The notes under the pieces are model-generated. The model was not told the DNA's origin. It did no database searches and saw nothing but the letters and a program-made list of their open reading frames with translations. Below, piece after piece: positions 9,393-22,890 of a DNA stretch of 63,091 nt. Within the stretch, counting starts at the first letter, position 1. The number at the start of each line of letters is the position of its first letter. This DNA is from Chloroflexota bacterium (lineage in GTDB: Bacteria > Chloroflexota > Dormibacteria > CF-121), in NCBI GenBank assembly GCA_005880875.1, contig VBJI01000079.1, forward strand, positions 1-63,091. Reading direction: 5' to 3'. The translations under genes and the position numbers were made by a program.

Positions 9393-10316
9393 CTAGCCGA
9401 TCGGGCGTCCGGTTACGAGCGCGAGCGCGATCAGGTAGACGCAGATGACCGCGAACAGGCCATATTCGAACATGATCCGCCGGGTCAAGGAGTCGTCGAG
9501 GGCATGGACGGTCAGCCCCTGCCAGGCATACCAGGCGAACGCCAGGATGACGGCGACGTACTGGCTGCCCTGGTTGAGGTAGGTCACCATGCCGAAGGCG
9601 CCGAAGGTCACCGTGCCCGCCGTCAGGAAGGCCGAGAGCAGGGCGAGCCCCTCCCGCTTGGTGGCGAACCGGAAGCTGCGATACCCGCTGAGCAGGGCGA
9701 CCACGAAGATGGCGCTGAACTTGAGGACGTTCGGCAGGTTATTCGCCTGCAGGATCAAGAAGAACAGGGCCAGCAGGGCGCAGAAGGTGGTGGCGTCCCG
9801 CAGGAAACGGTGGAGCGGCCGCTCACGCCCCATCCCGCGGGAAAGGTCCACGAAGCTGCTGACGAAAATGAAGGCGCCCATCGTGACCATCGCCAGGGCG
9901 TGCACCCGGTAGTCGGGCGCCAGGATGGAAAAGGCGGCGGCGGCGATGATGACCAGCACCGGCGAGATGTAGTGGTCCAGGCTCAGCCAGGCCGGTGTGC
10001 GATTGCGCGCGTGCAGAAAGACGAGGCCCATGGTGACGAGCAACACCAGGGCCGCCGTCAATTGCCAGACCTGGTTGGGCGAGAGCAGCTCGGACTTGAA
10101 GGTCAGCCCGATGGCGACCGCCCAGGCCGAGAGCAGCCCCAGGTAGCGCGTGCCGAGATGAACCGGGCGGGCCGCCGGTCGCACCCGCGCCGGGGTCCGT
10201 CCTTGCCCTGGCCGAAGGGTCGCGGAAGAGGCCAGGGCTTCCGACATGGCGGCTAGTCTAGCAGGCAAAACGGACGTTTGGGGCAGATTTGGACTGGGGA
10301 AAGATGCGCGCGTCAA
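9393..10316 (-). CDS. polytopic membrane protein, uncharacterised
   Basis: 307 aa. About 8 hydrophobic helices follow a roughly 60 aa polar N-terminus. I recognise no family. Confidence 0.55.
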   Translation of the reverse strand: MTRASFPSPNLPQTSVLPARLAAMSEALASSATLRPGQGRTPARVRPAARPVHLGTRYLGLLSAWAVAIGLTFKSELLSPNQVWQLTAALVLLVTMGLVFLHARNRTPAWLSLDHYISPVLVIIAAAAFSILAPDYRVHALAMVTMGAFIFVSSFVDLSRGMGRERPLHRFLRDATTFCALLALFFLILQANNLPNVLKFSAIFVVALLSGYRSFRFATKREGLALLSAFLTAGTVTFGAFGMVTYLNQGSQYVAVILAFAWYAWQGLTVHALDDSLTRRIMFEYGLFAVICVYLIALALVTGRPIG

Positions 10317-10391
10317 CCCCGAATTTGTATTCGAAACAAATGTTCGACGCGTCGGCGCGCGTCTGTGGAAACTGTGGAAAGCGCAAGCAAG

Positions 10392-10754
10392 CTAAGCCGT
10401 ATTCGTACCCTGCCGGCCATATTTGTCTTCCAGGCGCACGACGTCGTCGATTTCCGGACTCGAGACTTCGAAGAACTCACAGTCGTCCACCCCGATCATC
10501 CGGTGCTTGCGTCCGGGTACGATCCGCTGCGACATCCCTGGGGTCAGCCGGAGGGTGGCCATCCGGCCCTGGGCATCCTCCAGCTGCAGGTCCATCGCCC
10601 CCTTGACCACCAGCAGCGTCTCGTCTTTCTGCCGGTGGTATTGCAGGCTCAGCATCTCGCCGCGGTCGATGTGGATCACCTTGCCGAGATACTTCTCGGT
10701 GACGGCGAAGCGGTTCTCCCAGCCCCAGGGCTTCTTGACGATCGCGTCAGACAA
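10392..10754 (-). CDS. cupin-domain protein resembling the C-terminal mannose-6-phosphate isomerase (type II PMI) domain
   Basis: ...KKPWGWENRF...EKYLGKVIHIDRGEMLSLQYHRQKDETLLVVKG... I place the start at TTG 10754-10752, overlapping the stop of the upstream mutase gene. The ORF-track start at 10826 would overlap that gene by 80 nt. Confidence 0.7.
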   Translation of the reverse strand: MSDAIVKKPWGWENRFAVTEKYLGKVIHIDRGEMLSLQYHRQKDETLLVVKGAMDLQLEDAQGRMATLRLTPGMSQRIVPGRKHRMIGVDDCEFFEVSSPEIDDVVRLEDKYGRQGTNTA

Positions 10755-12070
10755 GCTGGCGCAGCCCGAGGCGCTCTTCCAGCGCCGCCAGCAGCTGATC
10801 GACGCGCGCCTTCGAGGGTGCCTCACTGTAGACGCGGATCAGCGGCTCGGTCCCGCTGAACCGGACCAGCACCCAGCTGCCATCGTCGAGGTAGTACTTG
10901 AAGCCGTCGTCGGTTCGAGACCGAACGACCCGGCCACCGGCGATCTCCGTGGGCGCGTCTTTCTCCAGCCGGCCGTAGAGCTCGGTGCGGCGCGCGCCGT
11001 ATTCCTGCCGGTCGAGATGGAGGTCATGGCGCGCGTAGGCATGCGGCCCGACCAGCTCGATCAGGTGATCCAGGATCTTCGAGAGCGGCGTTCCGTACTC
11101 GACGATCATGTCGGCAAAGAAAACGCCCGATAACACCCCATCCCGCTCCGGGATGTGACCGCGAAACGCGAATCCCCCGCTCTCCTCGCCGGCGAGGATG
11201 CCGTTGACCTCGCTCATCTTCGGCCCCAGGTACTTGAAGCCAACGGGCAGTTCGTGGACCTTGACCTTGAAGCGCTCGCCCAGCTTGTCGACCATCGACG
11301 TCGAGGTGAGGGAGCGGACCACGTCGCCCTTCTGGCCGCGCTTCTCGATCAGGTACATCATCAGCATCGCCATCACCTGGAGCTGATTGATGAACTGGCC
11401 CTTCTCGTCGATGATGCCCACCCGATCGGCGTCACCATCGTTGGCGATGCAGAGGTCGAATCTGCCTTTCCGCATCCGCTCGACCGCTTCCGGCATGTAC
11501 TGGGCGATCGGCTCCGGGTGCAAACCGCCGAAGCCGGGGTTGCGCTCGGCGTGGATCTCCTCCACGGTCGTCTTCCCGCCGCTGAGCAGCGCCCGCAGGT
11601 ATCCCTGGCTGGCGCCATACATCGGCTCGTGCAGGATGCGAAGCCCGGCGCCCTTGATCCGTCCCAGATTCACCAGCCGGTTGACCTGCGCCACGTAAGC
11701 CGGTTGCGGATCGAACACCTCGATCCGGCCGTCCCGGACCGCGTCGTCGAAGCGAAGCTGCCGGACCCGACCGCCGCGTTGGACCCGCTGGATCTCCTCC
11801 TCGAGCCGCGCCGTGACCTCGGGTGATGCGGAGCCGGCGTACTCGGGTTGGCAACACGCGGACACCATTCGCCGCCAGCACCTGCCCGACCTCCCTCGCG
11901 AACAGCTCCGACGCGAACCGGGTGTCGTAGCCAACGATCGCCGACGGGTTCGGCCGGCTGACCAGGTACTGGGCGATCCCCTGGGTCGCGATCCGAACGG
12001 ATTCGTAGGTGAAATCGTCGGCGATGATGCCGCGCCACCCGTCGGTGCCGAACTTGATCTCGACCGTCAA
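10747..12070 (-). pseudogene. phosphomannomutase/phosphoglucomutase (alpha-D-phosphohexomutase), internally gapped and frameshifted; catalytic Ser loop absent
   Basis: The N-part [23 protein letters not shown]...[30 protein letters not shown] runs to about 11850. The remainder ([19 protein letters not shown]...[10 protein letters not shown]...GEESGG...RFSGTEPLIRVY) is in another frame. I found no TASHNP-type phosphoserine loop in either frame. Confidence 0.75.
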
Positions 12071-12095
12071 TCTCAGCTAATCGTAGCCGGGATGG

Positions 12096-13130
12096 CTAGC
12101 TCGCTTTGGCGGAAGGTGTCCTTAGATGCGCGTCAGGCGTAAGTCCCGCGGCGGCGAGGTCGGAGTCGAGCATCTCACGAATCATTTCTTCGAAGCTGAT
12201 CCTGGGCCGCCAGCCCAGCTTGGCGCGCGCCTTGCTCGGATCGCCGCACAGGTCAGGGACTTCCGCCGGCCGGAAGTAGGCCCGATCAACCTCCACGTAC
12301 TGCTGCCAGTCGAGCCCCACCAGCCCGAAGGCGATCTCCACCAGCTGCCGGATGCTCCACTGAATGCCGGTCGCGATCACATAGTCGTCCGGCGCCTGCT
12401 GCTGCAGCATCAACCACATGGCTTCCACGTAGTCGCGGGCGTGCCCCCAGTCGCGCCTGGCCTCGAGGTTGCCCAGTCGCAGCTTGCTGGTCCGTCGCGC
12501 CAGGATCGAGGCAATGCCGCGGGTGACCTTGCGGGTCACGAAGTTCTCGCCACGTCTCGGCGATTCGTGATTGAAGAGGATGCCGCTGCAGGCGAACATC
12601 TGGTAGGCCTCCCGGTAGTTGACGGTCATCCAGTGCGCGTAGACCTTGGCGACCCCGTAGGGGCTTCGGGGATGAAACGGCGTTTGCTCGTTCTGTGGCG
12701 GGGGCGTCAACCCGAACATCTCCGAGGTCGATGCCTGGTAGAAACGCGTCGGACGACCGGTGGCCCGAATCGCCTCCAACAATCGGATGGTCCCGAGTCC
12801 ATCGGTATTCCCGGTGTACTCGGGCTGGTCGAACGAGATATGGACCTGGCTCTGAGCCGCCAGATTGTAGATCTCGTCGGGCTCGACCGTCATCACCAGG
12901 CGGTTGAGGCCGCCCGAGTCGGTCATGTCGCCGTAGTGAAGCGTGAAACGGGCGCCTTCGAGGTGCGACGGATGGGCGTGCTCGAGGTGGTCGATCCGGC
13001 CGCGGTTCATGGTCGACGATCGCCGCACCACCCCGTGGACCTCGTAGCCCTTGTCCAGCAAGAGTTCCGCCAGGTAGGACCCGTCCTGTCCGGTGATCCC
13101 CGTGATCAGGGCGCGCTTTGCCACGGCCAC
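12096..13130 (-). CDS. gmd: GDP-mannose 4,6-dehydratase
   Basis: [28 protein letters not shown]...[10 protein letters not shown]...[12 protein letters not shown]...[15 protein letters not shown] are classic Gmd motifs. Confidence 0.92.
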   Translation of the reverse strand: MAVAKRALITGITGQDGSYLAELLLDKGYEVHGVVRRSSTMNRGRIDHLEHAHPSHLEGARFTLHYGDMTDSGGLNRLVMTVEPDEIYNLAAQSQVHISFDQPEYTGNTDGLGTIRLLEAIRATGRPTRFYQASTSEMFGLTPPPQNEQTPFHPRSPYGVAKVYAHWMTVNYREAYQMFACSGILFNHESPRRGENFVTRKVTRGIASILARRTSKLRLGNLEARRDWGHARDYVEAMWLMLQQQAPDDYVIATGIQWSIRQLVEIAFGLVGLDWQQYVEVDRAYFRPAEVPDLCGDPSKARAKLGWRPRISFEEMIREMLDSDLAAAGLTPDAHLRTPSAKAS

Positions 13131-13143
13131 AGTGTAACGACGC

Positions 13144-14214
13144 TCAGAGGTATTCGGTCTTGCCCATCTGCTTGAGGCGGTCGACGATCAGCTTCACATC
13201 CTGCGAGCGGGCCTTGGGACAGATCAGGATGGCGTCGTCGGTCTCGATCACCACCATGTCCTCGAGGCCGACCGCCGCCACCAGCTTGTTCGGGGAATGG
13301 ATCATGCAGTTCCTGGAGTCGATCAAGACTGACTCACCCTCCACGAAGTTGCCCGCCTGGTCCTGTTCCAGGATGTCGTGCAGGTCGGCCCAGGACCCGA
13401 GGTCGTGCCACTCGAAGGCGGCCTTGACGACCAGCAGATTCCGGGTGCGCTCCATAACGGCGTAATCGATCGCCTCGGTGGGCAGGGCCTGGTAGGCGGC
13501 ATCCGCGGCATCGGCGGGACCGGCACGGCGGGAGGCTTTCACCAGCTGCAGGCCCTGGTAGAGACCGGGCGCGTGCTGGGCCATCTCGTCAAAGAGGACG
13601 TCGATCGGCCAGGCGAATAGTCCCAGGTTCCAGAGATAATCGCCGCTCCGGAGGTAGCGCTCGGCCGTCTGCAGGTCCGGTTTTTCGACGAAGGCCTGCA
13701 CCCGGTACACCGGCGCGCCGCCCTGCTCGTCGAGCGGAGGGCCGACCTTGATGTAGCCGAAGGCGGTCGATGCGTAGGGAGGGCGTAGCCCGACCGTCAC
13801 CAGCGAGCGCTTCGCCTCGGCCCAGTGGGCCTCGGTCTCGAGCGTCTTGAGATACGCGTCCTCGTCGTGCCCGAGGTAGTGATCGGCATGGACGGAAAGC
13901 ATGGTGGCCTGCGGGTCCTGTTCCGCAATGAGGATCGCGGCCATGCCAAGCGCGGAGCCGGTACCGCGGCGGGCCGGCTCGACGATGTAGCGCTCCATCG
14001 CCAGCGCCGGCAGTTGCTCCCGAATGCTCTCCACCTGCGACCGCTCGGTGACGACGTAGACGTTGTCGGTCAACCGACGGACACGCTCGAAGGTCGATTG
14101 CAGCAACGACTGCCGGCCGTGGAGGGCCAGCAAATGCTTGGGCGACTTTTCTCGCGATCGCGGCCAGAGCCGGGTGCCGCTGCCGCCCGCCAGGATCACG
14201 ACATGGCGAGCCAT
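13144..14214 (-). CDS. manC: mannose-1-phosphate guanylyltransferase (nucleotidyltransferase domain only)
   Basis: [24 protein letters not shown] at the N-terminus and a left-handed-helix-like C-terminus. There is no fused cupin; the cupin is a separate gene at 10392-10754. Confidence 0.85.
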   Translation of the reverse strand: MARHVVILAGGSGTRLWPRSREKSPKHLLALHGRQSLLQSTFERVRRLTDNVYVVTERSQVESIREQLPALAMERYIVEPARRGTGSALGMAAILIAEQDPQATMLSVHADHYLGHDEDAYLKTLETEAHWAEAKRSLVTVGLRPPYASTAFGYIKVGPPLDEQGGAPVYRVQAFVEKPDLQTAERYLRSGDYLWNLGLFAWPIDVLFDEMAQHAPGLYQGLQLVKASRRAGPADAADAAYQALPTEAIDYAVMERTRNLLVVKAAFEWHDLGSWADLHDILEQDQAGNFVEGESVLIDSRNCMIHSPNKLVAAVGLEDMVVIETDDAILICPKARSQDVKLIVDRLKQMGKTEYL

Positions 14215-15176
14215 CAGCCGGCGCGACGTTCCCGACGTCGCCAGTAGTCGAGCGTGTCGCGCAGCATACGCTCCAGAGAGATTCGCGGCCGCCAGCCGGT
14301 CAGCCGCTGGAACCGGCCGGCGTTGCAGACGTAGACATCGGCCTCGGCCGCCCGTTTGCGGGTGGCGTCGACCTCCAGCGCGATCTTCGCGCGGGTCATC
14401 TTCAGCAGCAGGGACAGCAGCTCGCGCAAACGCGGTGCGCTGCCGGAGCCGACGTTGTAGACCTCGCCGGGCCTGCCCTTCTCCACCGCGAGCAGGTAGG
14501 CGCGAGCGATATCGCGCACGTCGGTGAAATCGCGTCGTGCCTCGAGGTTGCCGACTTTGAGGGTCGGCGGTTGCTTGCCGAGCTCGATCCGCGCGATCTG
14601 CTGCGCGAAGCTGGCGATGGCGAAGTTCGGCGCCTGGCGCGGGCCGGCATGGTTGAACGGACGCACCCGGATGGCCGGCAGGCCACGGCCGAGGAAATAC
14701 TGGAGCGCCATCAGGTCCTGGGTGACTTTGCTGACACCGTACGGGGTGATGGGCCGCAAGGGCGCCTCCTCGTTGAGTCGCCGGGCGCGACCCCTTGGCT
14801 GGCCGTACTCATCGCCCGAGCCGACCACCAGCACGCGGGGCAGGGGGTGCAGGTTCAGGAGAGCGCCGAGCAGGTTGGCCTGCATGCTCGCGTTGGTGGC
14901 GATGGTTCCGCCCGGATCGTCCCATGATGCGGCCGGACTGCTCAGGGCGGCCAGATGGAAGACCCAACGGGGGCGCACCGCCTGAACGACCGCCTCCACC
15001 TGGTCCTGCTGCAGCAGGTCGACCTGGTGGGTGACCACCGAAGCGGCCAGCTCCGCCGCCTCCTCCCGGCTGGCGCGTCGGGTCGTGCCATGGACGGTAT
15101 GGCGCCTCCGGGTCAGCAGGTCACCGAGGTGGCTCCCGGCAAAGCCGTCGATGCCGGTGACGAGGACGGTCTCACC
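14214..15176 (-). CDS. rmd: GDP-4-keto-6-deoxy-D-mannose reductase-like SDR (Rmd-like); start codon unresolved
   Basis: ...VLVTGIDGFAGSHL...PITPYGVSKV...RPFNHAGPRQAPNFAIASFAQQIARIE...[22 protein letters not shown]...VYNVGSG aligns well with Pseudomonas Rmd as I recall it. The only in-frame canonical start is ATG 15335, deep inside metK. Confidence 0.7.
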   Translation of the reverse strand, partial: GETVLVTGIDGFAGSHLGDLLTRRRHTVHGTTRRASREEAAELAASVVTHQVDLLQQDQVEAVVQAVRPRWVFHLAALSSPAASWDDPGGTIATNASMQANLLGALLNLHPLPRVLVVGSGDEYGQPRGRARRLNEEAPLRPITPYGVSKVTQDLMALQYFLGRGLPAIRVRPFNHAGPRQAPNFAIASFAQQIARIELGKQPPTLKVGNLEARRDFTDVRDIARAYLLAVEKGRPGEVYNVGSGSAPRLRELLSLLLKMTRAKIALEVDATRKRAAEADVYVCNAGRFQRLTGWRPRISLERMLRDTLDYWRRRERRAG

Positions 15177-15177
15177 G

Positions 15178-18570
<3,393 letters not shown>

Positions 18571-19119
18571 CTACAGCTTCAAATGGGAGACGACGTTGTA
18601 TTCCGACAGGTTGTCGGCCCCCTTGAGAAATTTCAGCTCGATCAGGAAGGAGATCCCAACGACCTTGCCGCCCAGTTGCTGCACCAGACGGGCCGTCGTC
18701 CGGGCGGTCCCGCCGGTGGCGAGCAGATCGTCGACGATGACCACCGGCTGACCCGGTCTGATCGCGTCCTGATGGATCTCGAGGACGGCCGACCCGTACT
18801 CGAGCGCATAGGCCTCCGAGAGCTTCTGGCCGGGTAGCTTGCCCTCCTTCCGAACGGGCACGAAGCCGGCATGGAGCAGATAGGCCAGCGCTCCCCCAAA
18901 GATGAAGCCGCGCGACTCGACCCCCACCACCAGCTCCACCGCCTTCCCCCGGTAGGCCTCGGCCATGATGTCGACCGCCTGCCGGAAGGCGCCCGCATCC
19001 TGCAGCAACGTGGTGATGTCCTTGAAGAGGATGCCTTCCTTGGGGAAATTCGGCACGTCGCGGATCTTGTCCGCGAGGGCACGTAGGACGGCCCCATCGT
19101 CGGCAAGGGCCCCGCTCAC
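18571..19119 (-). CDS. apt: adenine phosphoribosyltransferase
   Basis: ...IRDVPNFPKEGILFKDIT...VVGVESRGFIFG...VVIVDDLLATGGTA. I place the start at GTG 19119-19117. The longer track ORF would overlap the flippase gene. Confidence 0.88.
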   Translation of the reverse strand: MSGALADDGAVLRALADKIRDVPNFPKEGILFKDITTLLQDAGAFRQAVDIMAEAYRGKAVELVVGVESRGFIFGGALAYLLHAGFVPVRKEGKLPGQKLSEAYALEYGSAVLEIHQDAIRPGQPVVIVDDLLATGGTARTTARLVQQLGGKVVGISFLIELKFLKGADNLSEYNVVSHLKL

Positions 19120-19139
19120 CCGAGCAGTGTAGTCGAGCG

Positions 19140-20573
19140 TCAGCCGCGCGCCGTCAGTCCGGCGCGAACGATGGACCATTCCTCCGCGTCGAGCGCGCGC
19201 AGCCCGACCAGCGCCGCTCCGTAGACCGCCGCCCCCACGAGCACCACCACCGCCAGCGGCCAGGACCGGACCAGGTAGACGGCGATGCCCATGACCAGCG
19301 CGCTGGCCAGCACGCGGGCAACGCTGCGGAGCAGGGCCAGCGGCATCGACTGCCGGCGCAACAGCCACCAGCCGCCGGCAAACAGCGCCACCTCCGTAAG
19401 GGTCGAGGCGGCGGCCGCCCCCAGGTAGCCATAGGGCGGGATGAGAACCAGGTTGAGCGCGATGTTGACGGCGAGCGTGGCCAGCGAAAGCCGGGTGAAG
19501 TCGAGCTGCCGGTTCATCGCGGTCAGGGTGTAGATGAAGGCGTTGTTGACGAAAAGCAGCGCAATGGACGGGGCCAGGATGCGAAGCGCCGGGATCGATT
19601 GTTCGAATCCGCGAGGGGCGGCCAGGTGGACCAACGAATCGGCCGTGATTCCGATCCCCACCGCGAGCGGAAGGGCGAGCACGGCGAGCATCTTGTATGA
19701 CTTCTCGTAGGCGAAGGTGAGCTGGCGACGCTCACCGACGGCGAGCATGGAGAGGGCCGGAAAGATGGCACCCATCGCCGTCTGCGGAATCCAGGCGACC
19801 GCGTCGACAAACCGATTGGCGGCGGAATACCAGCCGACCATCTGGAAGCCCTTGAACAGCTGAAGCAGGATGACGTCGAGCTGCGCGTAGATCGTCGTAA
19901 TGGTGAAGCCGATGGCCAGCGGAAGACCGGCCAGCAACAGCCGGCGCACGAACATCGGCTCGAGCCCGGCGCGGATCGGTTCGTGCCAGCGCCAGCGAAT
20001 AACCGAGAAGGCAAAGAGGCAGGTGAACAGGTAGCTCGCGGCATAGACCCAGAGGAAGACGTCCCAGGTCGCATGGCGGGTGACGGCCAGGCTCGTCAGG
20101 CCGAGGAGCAACAACGCCTCGATCACGATGGCTATCGCTTCGTAGCCGAGCCGTCCGCGAATGTAAAAGACCGCCCGCAGCAGGCTGGAGTAGCTCGTCG
20201 TCAGCAGGAGCGCGAAGCCGGCGAACGTGTAGGGAAACAGCGTGGGACTCAGCAGCCGAAGAACCAGGGCGAGCACCAGCAAGGCCAGAACCCCGAGGGC
20301 CAGGCGGGTGCTGAGAAGGCTGGAGAGGTAACGGCCGAACAGGCGGCGGTCGCGGGAGACGTCCCGGATGAAAACGGTCTGGAGTCCCAGGTCGGCGACG
20401 ACGCCCAGCAGCGTGACGTAGACCACCATCGCCGCGAATCGCCCGTACCGGTCGGCGCCGAGGCTGCGCAGGAGCAGGACGACGACGACGAACACCGCGA
20501 GCTTGGCCAGCGCCCTTGCCCCCACCACCAGCACGCTGTTCCGCAGGGTGCGGGAAGCGAGGCGCTCACTCAC
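19140..20573 (-). CDS. polysaccharide/oligosaccharide flippase (MOP/Wzx-like)
   Basis: 477 aa, about 12-14 TM. The N-terminus ...NSVLVVGARALAKLAVFVVVVLLLRSLGADRYGRF is typical of Wzx/polysaccharide biosynthesis proteins. Confidence 0.75.
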   Translation of the reverse strand: MSERLASRTLRNSVLVVGARALAKLAVFVVVVLLLRSLGADRYGRFAAMVVYVTLLGVVADLGLQTVFIRDVSRDRRLFGRYLSSLLSTRLALGVLALLVLALVLRLLSPTLFPYTFAGFALLLTTSYSSLLRAVFYIRGRLGYEAIAIVIEALLLLGLTSLAVTRHATWDVFLWVYAASYLFTCLFAFSVIRWRWHEPIRAGLEPMFVRRLLLAGLPLAIGFTITTIYAQLDVILLQLFKGFQMVGWYSAANRFVDAVAWIPQTAMGAIFPALSMLAVGERRQLTFAYEKSYKMLAVLALPLAVGIGITADSLVHLAAPRGFEQSIPALRILAPSIALLFVNNAFIYTLTAMNRQLDFTRLSLATLAVNIALNLVLIPPYGYLGAAAASTLTEVALFAGGWWLLRRQSMPLALLRSVARVLASALVMGIAVYLVRSWPLAVVVLVGAAVYGAALVGLRALDAEEWSIVRAGLTARG

Positions 20574-20667
20574 TGGGCGGGATTCTAGAGCAGCTTCGGC
20601 CCTGGCGAGTATTCAGCTGCCCTGAATCGGAGGCGGACGCTCGGATCCTGTTCCTTAACATTCGTGG

Positions 20668-21666
20668 ATGCAGTCGGCGACGACGAAGCCTCGGGTCTTC
20701 TCCGGCATTCAGCCCAGCGGCGGCCTGCATCTGGGCAACTACCTCGGCGCGATCCGAAACTGGGTGCGCGACCAGGACAAGTACGACAACATCTTCTGCA
20801 TCGTCGACCTGCATACGATCACGGTTCCGCAGGATCCGGCGGCCCTGCGCGAGAACACGCTCGACCTGGCGGCCGTCTACCTGGCGAGTGGCATTTCCAA
20901 AACGCAGGCCATGTTCATTCAATCGCACATTCCGGCCCATGCCGAGCTCGCCTGGATCCTCGAGTGCTTTGTTCCAATGGGTTGGCTCGAGCGGATGACG
21001 CAGTTCAAAGAGAAGAGCGGACGAGAGCGAGAGCGCTCGAGCGCGGGCCTCTTCGCCTATCCGGCGTTGATGGCCGCCGACATCCTTCTCTATGACACCC
21101 GGTACGTACCGGTTGGCGAGGACCAGCGGCAGCACATTGAGCTCACCCGCGACGTGGCGCAGCGGATGAACCAACGGTTCGGCGAGCTGTTTACGCTTCC
21201 GGAGCCCATGATCCAGGCCGCCGGTGCGCGCATCATGGGGCTGGATGATCCGCAGAAGAAGATGAGCAAGAGCCTGGCGGCCGAGGCCCCCGGCCACGCC
21301 ATCTTCATCCTCGACGCGCCGGAGGTGGTCCGCCGGAAGCTCGCCAGGGCGCAAACCGACGCCCAGCCCGAGGTCCGCTTTCCCGCCGGCCCCGGCGTCA
21401 CGAACTTGCTGGAGATCTATCGCACCATCCAGGGAAAGGATTGGGCGACCGTCGAGAAAGAGTTTGGCGGTAAATCGTACAGCGTGTTGAAGACCGCTGT
21501 CGCCGACGCCGTGATCGAGGCGCTGACGCCGATCCAGCAACGCTACCGGGAAATCCGTACGGATGACGCGGCCCTGGTGCAACACCTGCGCGGCGCGGCC
21601 GAACGCCTGACCCCGACCGCGAACACCACCTTGCGGCGCGTCCAGGAAGCGGTCGGCCTACGCTAG
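20668..21666 (+). CDS. trpS: tryptophan--tRNA ligase
   Basis: GIQPSGGLHLGNYLGA (HIGH-type), ...VPVGEDQRQH..., KMSKS present. Confidence 0.95.
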   Translation: MQSATTKPRVFSGIQPSGGLHLGNYLGAIRNWVRDQDKYDNIFCIVDLHTITVPQDPAALRENTLDLAAVYLASGISKTQAMFIQSHIPAHAELAWILECFVPMGWLERMTQFKEKSGRERERSSAGLFAYPALMAADILLYDTRYVPVGEDQRQHIELTRDVAQRMNQRFGELFTLPEPMIQAAGARIMGLDDPQKKMSKSLAAEAPGHAIFILDAPEVVRRKLARAQTDAQPEVRFPAGPGVTNLLEIYRTIQGKDWATVEKEFGGKSYSVLKTAVADAVIEALTPIQQRYREIRTDDAALVQHLRGAAERLTPTANTTLRRVQEAVGLR

Positions 21667-21698
21667 GCCGGTTCCAGCAGCTCGTCGGGCGGCGGGCG

Positions 21699-22871
21699 TT
21701 GGTCGGCGGGTGCCTCGCCGCGCTTATCGCCTTGTTTCGAGTCGTCTACAGCTTCGCCACCATTGGAGCGTCGGGGCAGCTGAACGATTTCTACGACTAC
21801 TGGGCCGCCGGGGTGCTGCTGAACCGAGGTCAGGATCCGTACAACGTCGCGGCCCTCACGGCGGTGCAACAGGCGGGGGGCGTCCAGGTGGAGACGGGCA
21901 GCGGCTACTCCTATCCAATCTTCTTCGCCCACCTGATGAGGCCGCTGGCCCTCCTCCCCCCAGGGACCGCCGCGGCGATCTTCTCCACCTTGAGCCTGCT
22001 GGCTCTGGCGTTCGCCGTTGCCATCCTGTTGCGATCGCTGCCACGGTTGCGCTGGCCACTGGCCATTGCGGGCGGAGTGGCCGCGGGTCTCTTTCCGCCG
22101 GTGATCGGCTCCCTGTACTTCGGCCAGGCGAACCTCTTTGTGTTGCTGTTGCTGGCGATCGCCTATCGCGGGGCGATTCCCGGAGCGACGCTCGGCATCG
22201 CGAGCGCCATCAAGCTCTACCCGGTGGCTGGATTGCTGGCCGCACTCACGGCGCGCCCACCGCGCTGGCGGGTGCTTGCTGTCGGCATCCCGCTGCTGGC
22301 CGCGCTCCTGCTCCTGCAGCTCGGTTCGGGCGGTGGGAGCTTCTCCGGACGGACCGGATATTTCCTCGGCCCCGACACCTACTGGAGCAACGAATCGATC
22401 AACGGCTGGCTGAGCCGGCTGGGAATCGACTCAACCTGGACCCATGCACCCCTCCGTCAGCTCCCGGTCGAGGCCACGATGCTGGCCCTCGTGCTGGTGC
22501 TCACGGCACTGACCGTGGTGGTGCTGTTGCGGGCACCCGGGCATCCCTGGGACGGCGCGATCGCGCTCAGCCTCTGGCTGGGCGTGGTCTGTGCGCCGAA
22601 AAACTCGCTCTGGAATTTCACCCCGCTCTTGCTCGCCATCACCTTCGGCTTTGCCCGGCTGGCCGGACGGTGGTGGCTGCTGGCGCTCGGCGTATTGGGT
22701 TGGCTCCTCATCGAGCTGCAAGCGCAGCTCGATGGCGCGCGCGCGAGCGTCTACCAGGCCAGCCCCGCGCTCACCTGGCTCTCCTCGGTCGGGCTCTATG
22801 GCGCGCTCATTCTCGGCGGGGTGACCGTGTATGTCCTGCTTCGACCGGGTTCGGATAATCGCGCTCGCTGA
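21699..22871 (+). CDS. GT87/DUF2029-type integral-membrane glycosyltransferase (mannosyltransferase-like)
   Basis: Polytopic. The N-terminal loop ...NDFYDYWAAGVLLNRGQDPYN... resembles the GT87 family as I remember it. The family assignment is tentative. Confidence 0.6.
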   Translation: MVGGCLAALIALFRVVYSFATIGASGQLNDFYDYWAAGVLLNRGQDPYNVAALTAVQQAGGVQVETGSGYSYPIFFAHLMRPLALLPPGTAAAIFSTLSLLALAFAVAILLRSLPRLRWPLAIAGGVAAGLFPPVIGSLYFGQANLFVLLLLAIAYRGAIPGATLGIASAIKLYPVAGLLAALTARPPRWRVLAVGIPLLAALLLLQLGSGGGSFSGRTGYFLGPDTYWSNESINGWLSRLGIDSTWTHAPLRQLPVEATMLALVLVLTALTVVVLLRAPGHPWDGAIALSLWLGVVCAPKNSLWNFTPLLLAITFGFARLAGRWWLLALGVLGWLLIELQAQLDGARASVYQASPALTWLSSVGLYGALILGGVTVYVLLRPGSDNRAR

Positions 22872-22890
22872 AATCCCAACGACGAAGGGT

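Noticed and set aside
10317-10391. An AT-rich spacer with the small hairpin ATTTGT-attcgaa-ACAAAT and a GC palindrome (gacgcgtcggcgcgcgtc).
   Set aside because: It lies between the end of the cupin gene and the start of a membrane-protein gene. It is most simply a terminator/promoter spacer, and the stems are too short to support a specific claim.
20574-20667. A T-box leader upstream of trpS.
   Set aside because: The spacer is only about 94 nt, and I could not see a specifier-loop or T-box sequence arrangement. It is too short for a canonical T-box.
21710-22858. A 382-aa ORF almost coextensive with the GT87 gene, in a different frame on the same strand.
   Set aside because: Its product is Arg/Pro/Gly-rich and non-hydrophobic. 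The 21699-22871 frame gives a coherent polytopic membrane protein.
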